A stretch of DNA of 64,000 nucleotides from Chloroflexota bacterium. Lineage in GTDB: Bacteria > Chloroflexota > UBA5177. The stretch spans positions 2,095 to 66,094 of the forward strand of contig JBPCMQ010000004.1 of NCBI GenBank assembly GCA_051002135.1, read 5' to 3'. The notes below the pieces were generated by a model. That model saw nothing but the letters and a program-made list of their open reading frames with translations, did not search any database and was not told the DNA's origin. Within the stretch, counting starts at the first letter, position 1, and the number at the start of each line of letters is the position of its first letter. The position numbers and the translations under genes were made by a program. Positions 58,296-64,000 of this stretch are shown one piece after another.

Positions 58296-58871
58296 TCATG
58301 CGGCTTGTTGTGCGATGAGGTGGTCCTGACAGTGACAGTGAAAGTGCGCACAGACACGCTCCACCAGCTCAGCGGCCGAGAGCAGGCGAGCCGGCTCGAC
58401 CACGGCCCGCTTCCCGTGCACCCATTTCGGTTCAATCGGATTCAGCCAAGGACTCTTGACCGGCAGCTGGCAGGTGATGATGCGCACGCCACGGCCCGCT
58501 TGCTTGACCTTCCGGTTGTGCTCGCGGATCCAACCCTTGACCGCCTTGCTGATATGCCAGGAGGCGTTGTCCCACACCAGCAGCAAGGCTCTCTTGCCGC
58601 GTGCTGCCAGCCGGTCGCAACCGTCGGCCAGGAACTGCGTCGTGATCGCACTCACCGGGCGACCATCGACAAAGCGCAGGCAGAGTTCCTCGGATTCACC
58701 ACCCGAGGGGCGAAGGAGCAGGCCATAGCGGACCAGGGCTTTGGGATCAGGATCGTCTTTCGCGACCGACTGCTGGACCAGGCGCACGGGTTCATCCGTC
58801 CAGGTGTGGAGCGAGGGCTGAGCCAGGCGGGTCCACCAGGTCTCGTCCCCAGCCACACCGCCGAAATCCAA
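58296..58871 (-). pseudogene. IS630/Tc1-mariner family transposase, 5'-truncated fragment (HTH domain and first D missing)
   Basis: DDE_3 motifs 'LLLVWDNASWH' and 'LPVKSPWLNPIEPKW'. Only 191 aa against ~340 aa for an intact protein. Inverted repeats 'GCTCAACC...GGTTGAGC' and 'GTTGAC...GTCAAC' at 58880-58970 immediately upstream. Confidence 0.7.
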
Positions 58872-59355
58872 TCCAGAACGGGTCGGGTTGACTAGTGGCT
58901 AATCGCGGCTCAACCAGATATGTGCTTCTTATGCTCAGCATAGTACCGGTTGAGCTAATGTCAACCCCTCCATACATCCATCGGAGAGAGTAGCGGTCGG
59001 CCACCGATGTCCCACCTATGTGTACCCACAGCTCTGAGTAGGTTCCTTTCTCACGAGCACTATCGACGATCCTGGAGTATCATGTCTATAGGCCCTGAGC
59101 CTCGAGCGCGCACGGAGGATCGATTGCAGACGCCCACAGATGAAGAGACCCAGGAGACGGTCACGTCCGTCCAGAAGAGCGAGGAGCGGGACGGCGGAGC
59201 GTCGGAGATCGCGTTCGAACAGGCGTCTCGACCCAATGAGGAGCTGCGGATGCTCTTCATCGGGTTTGGTACCGGTATGTCCGTCGGTCTAATATTCCTC
59301 ATATACATCATCGCGGCTTCCGCGCACGTCCTTCCGTAGTTTGCTCCGGGAGCCA

Positions 59356-61128
59356 CTACGGCTTTGACCGCTCCCGCAGCTTGGGAGTAGAGACCACGTC
59401 GAGGGCGTAGGTCGTGGTGATCTCGCCCAGTCTCTGGTTGCGGATACCCGAGATTTGTACTGCCGTTCCGGGCGTTATGTCCGACGCGGCGCCAGTGCGA
59501 CCGTGTCCGAGATGAATTTGGGTGGACGCAGTGATGCGCACCGTCATCATCCCCTTGTAGAACTCAACCTTCAGCGTTGCTCCGCCATCACGCACGGCCG
59601 TGACCAGGCCGTGATGGGCGTTGAATGGGGTCAGATCGAGATCGACGAGTGTTCGAGAAGCGTACGTCAATGCGCGTTGCGGATCGGGCCGCGCGATCGC
59701 CTGGATTCTGTCCCCGACCCGGAAATCTATAAAGTGCGCAGGGAGAGGCACAGCCATTCGATAGACGGTCGAAGGCCCGACGAGAAGGGTCGCCTCGTTG
59801 CCACCCTGTATTCGTAGTTGCAGGTCGCGCCCGTACGAGTGCGTCGAGATCTTGACCAGCGTGCCGTTCAGTACGGTCCGCGTGATTCTGTCACTTGTGG
59901 GGCAGGTTTTCGTTCGCATGGCCAGCGGTGGAAGCGGAGCCTGCGCGAGCTGAAGAGACGACGACAGGGAAGCGGCATGTGCGTCGCGTGCATTAAGCGA
60001 GGGCAGGCCAAAGGTGTCTTCGATGAATCTGAGGATGGATGAGAAGTCCATGATGTGGTGATCCACGAAGTGCTTCTGAGAATAGGGCGAGATGATGATG
60101 GTGGGAACACGGGGTCCGAGACTGATGTAGTCCTGACGAGGCGGCGCGACGTGATCGTAAAAGCCGCCAAAGTCATCCCAGGTCAGCACGATCACCGTCG
60201 ACTTCCAATATTTGCTGTGCATGATCGCGTTGATCTCTCGCGCCGTCCAGTCCTGACCAATGCACATGCTGTAGGGCGGATGCTCACTGTTCTCCTCGCT
60301 TGTCACAAGCCAGCTCACTGCCGGAAGCTGACCGTGTTTGACATCCGTCACAAACTGAGTATCGGGCAGCACGTTCGTGTGCCAGAGCGAGGAGTAGCGG
60401 ATGTGCCGGATCGCGTCCAGGGCAGACCAGGTATAGCCGGAGCTGTACAAACCGGGGGCGTAGTACCTCCATGACACATGATGCTGCTGGAGAGTGTCGG
60501 CGAGCGTCGGCATGTCGAAGCACGGCTTTTCTCGATAGTGCCGGCCGGTCTGGGGGTCGATTGCATCCACCATGGAGTAGGCGCCCCCGTCGCAGCCCCA
60601 TGCGTGATGTGTTTGCCCCGTCGGATTGTCGACGGCGTTGCCCGAGTCGGCGGCGATGCTGGCCAGGTGGTTGGGGAAACTGGGACCCATGATAGTCGAG
60701 AAGAAGTGGTCATCAAGCGTGAAGTGGCTCGCGTAGCTCCAGTAGAGCGGAATATCCGCCTTCCGATATTGAGATGTCGCGATGTCGCGGCCGTCTTGCA
60801 TCGCCCCGGGAAGCGTGTTGAATCGGTCCATGCGTCCGCTGTCAACCGCGTACGCGGCGGACGCTCCGGCATGTGCGATATCGAGCAGCGTATGATCCGG
60901 CGTGTGGTTCAAGGGGACAACGTCTCCGCTCGAGACTTGCGCTTGCATCGTCCCATCGGCGCCCGGATACTGTCCGAATATGTTGTCGAAGCTGTGGTTC
61001 TCCTTCTCCAGGATGACCACATGCTCAATGGGACTTGTGATCGAGCTCCTATGCGCGTCGACCGAGCCCGTCTTGATCGAGACCGCCGTCAGGGCACAGG
61101 CAGAAGAAAAAGCAATCGCCACTCCCAT
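59356..61128 (-). CDS. Phosphoesterase family protein (phospholipase C / acid phosphatase AcpA-like) with a ~200-aa C-terminal extension
   Basis: '[16 protein letters not shown]' and '[16 protein letters not shown]' phosphoesterase signatures. Signal peptide. Confidence 0.8.
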   Translation of the reverse strand: MGVAIAFSSACALTAVSIKTGSVDAHRSSITSPIEHVVILEKENHSFDNIFGQYPGADGTMQAQVSSGDVVPLNHTPDHTLLDIAHAGASAAYAVDSGRMDRFNTLPGAMQDGRDIATSQYRKADIPLYWSYASHFTLDDHFFSTIMGPSFPNHLASIAADSGNAVDNPTGQTHHAWGCDGGAYSMVDAIDPQTGRHYREKPCFDMPTLADTLQQHHVSWRYYAPGLYSSGYTWSALDAIRHIRYSSLWHTNVLPDTQFVTDVKHGQLPAVSWLVTSEENSEHPPYSMCIGQDWTAREINAIMHSKYWKSTVIVLTWDDFGGFYDHVAPPRQDYISLGPRVPTIIISPYSQKHFVDHHIMDFSSILRFIEDTFGLPSLNARDAHAASLSSSLQLAQAPLPPLAMRTKTCPTSDRITRTVLNGTLVKISTHSYGRDLQLRIQGGNEATLLVGPSTVYRMAVPLPAHFIDFRVGDRIQAIARPDPQRALTYASRTLVDLDLTPFNAHHGLVTAVRDGGATLKVEFYKGMMTVRITASTQIHLGHGRTGAASDITPGTAVQISGIRNQRLGEITTTYALDVVSTPKLRERSKP

Positions 61129-61181
61129 GAAGCGGCGATTGCGACAGAAGATCTCGCGGACGGCCCGCGAAGTGGGCGCGA

Positions 61182-62042
61182 TCAGGCGATGCGTTTGCGT
61201 TGCATCCGGTCAGGAGACACGCGGCGCACGCCGGTGATCAGATGAAGTTTCTCCAGTAACCAAATTGTGTATCCGGAGAGGTCGATCTGGTACCACTTCA
61301 TCCCATGAAAGGCCGATTCAGGGAAGGCGTGATGGTTGTTGTGCCAGCCTTCTCCCAGCCCCAGGACCCCCACAATCCACTGGTTGTGGCTGAAGTCGTC
61401 GGTGTCAAAGGCGCGCCGCCCGAACTGGTGGCAGATTGAGTTCACCGACCACGTGATGTGATGAGTTATGAAGACGCGGACGAGACCGCCCCACAGGACG
61501 CCCCTCCAACCGTCGATAAAGTACGGGAATGCGATGCCAAGGACCGCCCAAAAAAGGAATGTGCGGCTGATGACGCCCGCAACTGGGTCCTTGAGCAGAT
61601 GTCGTGCATCTTGAGCAGGCACTCCGCGAGCGGATTTGAAAAACCACCCGACGTGAGCGTGCCAGAGACCTTCCAGAGGGCTGTGTGGATCGCCGGGCTT
61701 GTCCGAGTGCTTGTGATGCTTCCAGTGATCGGCCGTCCACTGGATGACGTCTCCCTCGATTGCCATCGAGCCCAGCGCGAGCATAATGAACTCGACCACC
61801 CGATTGCTCTGAAAGCTGCGATGTGTGGCGAAGCGATGAAAACCGACGGTGATGCCCAGGCCCGTGAGGAGATACATCACCACCATCATGACGATGTCCA
61901 CGGGCACGACGTCGCGTTGCCACAGCTTCACGATCGCGAAAACGGTGGCGACAAAAGGAACCGCCACCACGGCCAAAGTGATGGCTCGCGCCATAAAGCT
62001 CTTTGGTTGGAACGCGGCCGGTTCCACCTTCAGTCCGTACAT
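61182..62042 (-). CDS. Membrane fatty-acid desaturase (delta-9 acyl-lipid/CoA desaturase family)
   Basis: Three His boxes: 'HRFATHRSF', 'HWKHHKHSD', 'HNNHHAF'. Start codon ambiguous. Confidence 0.8.
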   Translation of the reverse strand: MYGLKVEPAAFQPKSFMARAITLAVVAVPFVATVFAIVKLWQRDVVPVDIVMMVVMYLLTGLGITVGFHRFATHRSFQSNRVVEFIMLALGSMAIEGDVIQWTADHWKHHKHSDKPGDPHSPLEGLWHAHVGWFFKSARGVPAQDARHLLKDPVAGVISRTFLFWAVLGIAFPYFIDGWRGVLWGGLVRVFITHHITWSVNSICHQFGRRAFDTDDFSHNQWIVGVLGLGEGWHNNHHAFPESAFHGMKWYQIDLSGYTIWLLEKLHLITGVRRVSPDRMQRKRIA

Positions 62043-62220
62043 ATGTTTCTGTCCTTGCATTGAGCGTCTCGTCACAGTCCGCAAGAGCAAGCCCTGTGCC
62101 ATGCAACGGCTTCCCTAGTGTACGGGACGCAGCAAGACCCATGTGTTTTCAGACGTCACCAAAGACTGTGAAAAATGTCCCACGGTGCGGGTCCCTGGCC
62201 GGTGGGGTGACAGTTGGCGC

Positions 62221-64000
62221 TCACTGGCGGACGTCGAAGTGCGCCTCCGAAACCGACGGGGTGCGTGTCCCGAACCAGAGAATCTGGACGAGGACCCGCT
62301 TGCTGCGCAAGCGCTTCGACAACGTGCGAACCGTGAAAGAGTATGATGCCTTGCCCTCCGCATCGAGTGAGAGCGAGTGAGAGGCATAGCGCCCGTCCGG
62401 GTATAAGATCTGAACCTCCAGCCTTGCTGCCGCTGGTCCCCGAAGCGAGAGGCTCTGTCTCTCGCCGCCGCGCAGAGACGAATGCCGGACGGAGATCTTC
62501 AGCGCAATGACCTTGCGATTGCCTTTCGGCCCGTGCGTCATGACTCGCAGCGATGTCGTCCCCAGTACGGTCATGCTTCTGCTGTTGAGGAGGCCGTTCA
62601 GGGAAACAACTTCATTGACAATCAGGTCGGAAGCTGAGCCGTGCGAGCCGGTGGCCGTGACGATCCGCGTGTGACGGCTGACGTTGACAATTACGCTTTG
62701 CGAGCCGGTCATGGCGCCGAAGTACGATCCATCCGGGGCCACCGTAGTTATCACGACTCTCTTGTTGTTCCACGGGACCAGTGACAGATCGCGCAACGTG
62801 AAGGCCGTGTAGACGAGCGCTTTTTGCGGGTCGGGTGTCGCGCGAGTGGACACCTCATCGCCGGGAGAGACAAATGAGAAAGGGAACCTTCTCGTGCCCG
62901 TCCGGTCTTCCATGACGTACGACGGCCCGAAGAGAACCGAAACGATCGTCCCTCCTTTGATTCGCAGGACGATGCTATTCAATCCCTTGTAGGTGTGTGG
63001 CCGCTCGACCTGACCAGAGAGCGAGGTGGACGTCGCATAGGCGCTCTTTGGGCAGCGCGCGGGCGTGAGGTCCAGCGGGCGGAGGGGCCTCTGCTTGAAA
63101 TCGAAAGAGGATGTCATGGACGCCGCGTGCTTGTCGGCGCTCGTCAAAGACGGCAGGTGAAAATCCTCTTCGATGAAGCGCAGGAAGGAATTGAAGTCGA
63201 GCACCGAGTGGTCCACGCCGTGTCGTCGCGCGTAGGGTGAGATGACGATGGTTGGCACCCGTGGCCCGAGGCCGATTACGTCACGTCGCGGCGGGGCCAC
63301 ATGATCGTAAAAACCCCCAAAGTCGTCCCAGGTCAGGAAGACAGCGGTGTCCTTCCAGTAACGGCTGCGCATGATGCTATTCACCGCGCCCACCGTCCAT
63401 CCTTCTCCAAGGCAGATTGACGCTGGAGGATGGTCGCTGTGCCGGGCGTCGGTGACGAGCCAGCTGACCGACGGTAGGTGACCATCTTTGACGTCATGGA
63501 CGAACGACGTGTCCGAAGGTACGTTGTGCTTCCACAGGCTCGAGTAGCGAATGTGCTTGATGGCATCGAGCGACGACCACACGTAGCCGGACTTGAGATA
63601 AGCGGGCGCGTAGTACTTCCAGGACACGTGGTATTTCTGGAAGAGATCCGGCAATGTTTTGAAATCGAAACAGGGACGAATGAAGTAGGACGAGCCATCC
63701 GCCCGGATGGCTCGTACATGCGACTGAGAACCCGCGTCACACCCCCAGGCGTGGAGAATCTGGCCCGATGGGTTGTCAATCGTGTTTCCGGACGTGCCGG
63801 CAACCGTCACCAGATGGTTGGGGAAGCTCGGACCCATGATCGTGGAGAAGAAGTGGTCGTCGAGAGTGAAGTGTTCAGCGTACTTCCAGTAGTTGGGTAT
63901 GTCGGCCTGCTGGTATTGCGAGTTGGCGATGTCTTTGCCATCCTGGTGTGCACCCGGCAGAAGGTCAAATTTATCCATTCTGCCGCTGTCCACGGCGAGG
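62221..64000 (-). CDS. Phosphoesterase family protein, paralogue of 59356-61128; 5'-partial, since the N-terminal ~95 aa lie beyond the window
   Basis: '[19 protein letters not shown]'. Aligns to the paralogue from its residue ~96 ('[26 protein letters not shown]'). Same C-terminal extension. Confidence 0.8.
   Translation of the reverse strand, partial: LAVDSGRMDKFDLLPGAHQDGKDIANSQYQQADIPNYWKYAEHFTLDDHFFSTIMGPSFPNHLVTVAGTSGNTIDNPSGQILHAWGCDAGSQSHVRAIRADGSSYFIRPCFDFKTLPDLFQKYHVSWKYYAPAYLKSGYVWSSLDAIKHIRYSSLWKHNVPSDTSFVHDVKDGHLPSVSWLVTDARHSDHPPASICLGEGWTVGAVNSIMRSRYWKDTAVFLTWDDFGGFYDHVAPPRRDVIGLGPRVPTIVISPYARRHGVDHSVLDFNSFLRFIEEDFHLPSLTSADKHAASMTSSFDFKQRPLRPLDLTPARCPKSAYATSTSLSGQVERPHTYKGLNSIVLRIKGGTIVSVLFGPSYVMEDRTGTRRFPFSFVSPGDEVSTRATPDPQKALVYTAFTLRDLSLVPWNNKRVVITTVAPDGSYFGAMTGSQSVIVNVSRHTRIVTATGSHGSASDLIVNEVVSLNGLLNSRSMTVLGTTSLRVMTHGPKGNRKVIALKISVRHSSLRGGERQSLSLRGPAAARLEVQILYPDGRYASHSLSLDAEGKASYSFTVRTLSKRLRSKRVLVQILWFGTRTPSVSEAHFDVRQ

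Overview
High-GC (~65%) bacterial chromosomal window; the lineage is not assignable from sequence alone. The split gcvPA/gcvPB and a TPP riboswitch upstream of a ThiXYZ-like operon are compatible with Chloroflexota, Deinococcus-Thermus or Actinobacteria-like genomes. Three neighbourhoods stand out.

(1) A defence/accessory region at the left end, with visibly lower GC. It holds a type III R-M mod-res operon plus a co-oriented unknown 431-aa gene, then a 1.4-kb gene-free, repeat-rich stretch. Next come two head-to-head, N-terminally truncated restriction-helicase genes: a Res-like helicase-nuclease carrying a C-terminal AlbA_2/Schlafen domain, and a type I HsdR fragment. A BrnT/BrnA-like toxin-antitoxin pair follows, bracketed by two diverged copies of the hsdR 3' end.

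(2) A co-directional four-gene amidoligase cassette on the minus strand at 20.8-25.1 kb: GNAT acetyltransferase, circularly permuted ATP-grasp, YbdK/GCS2 carboxylate-amine ligase, and a RimK/GshB-like ATP-grasp.

(3) A decayed, repeat-rich segment between tRNA-Met and a C39 peptidase. It contains an AhpD/CMD-family gene whose conserved second Cys codon is an in-frame TGA followed by a SECIS-like hairpin with a GGUC loop, making it a candidate selenoprotein. It also holds a REP-flanked RAYT transposase with an in-frame TAG and a multiply frameshifted Bcp peroxiredoxin.

The rest is ordinary housekeeping: the gcvT-H-PA-PB glycine cleavage operon, an Opp/Dpp-type peptide ABC transporter, a TPP-riboswitch-controlled PurM-like + ThiXYZ-like operon, HtrA, DedA, an ECF sigma/anti-sigma pair, and two phosphoesterase paralogues around a desaturase. 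Mobile-element remnants are also present: an rve-family transposase and a truncated IS630 transposase. A dispersed ~28-bp repeat family forms a CRISPR-like mini-array without cas genes. The SECIS-like hairpin in (3) and the single hairpin in the gene-free stretch were checked base by base; all other repeat, palindrome and hairpin calls rest on by-eye alignment, and no searches were run.
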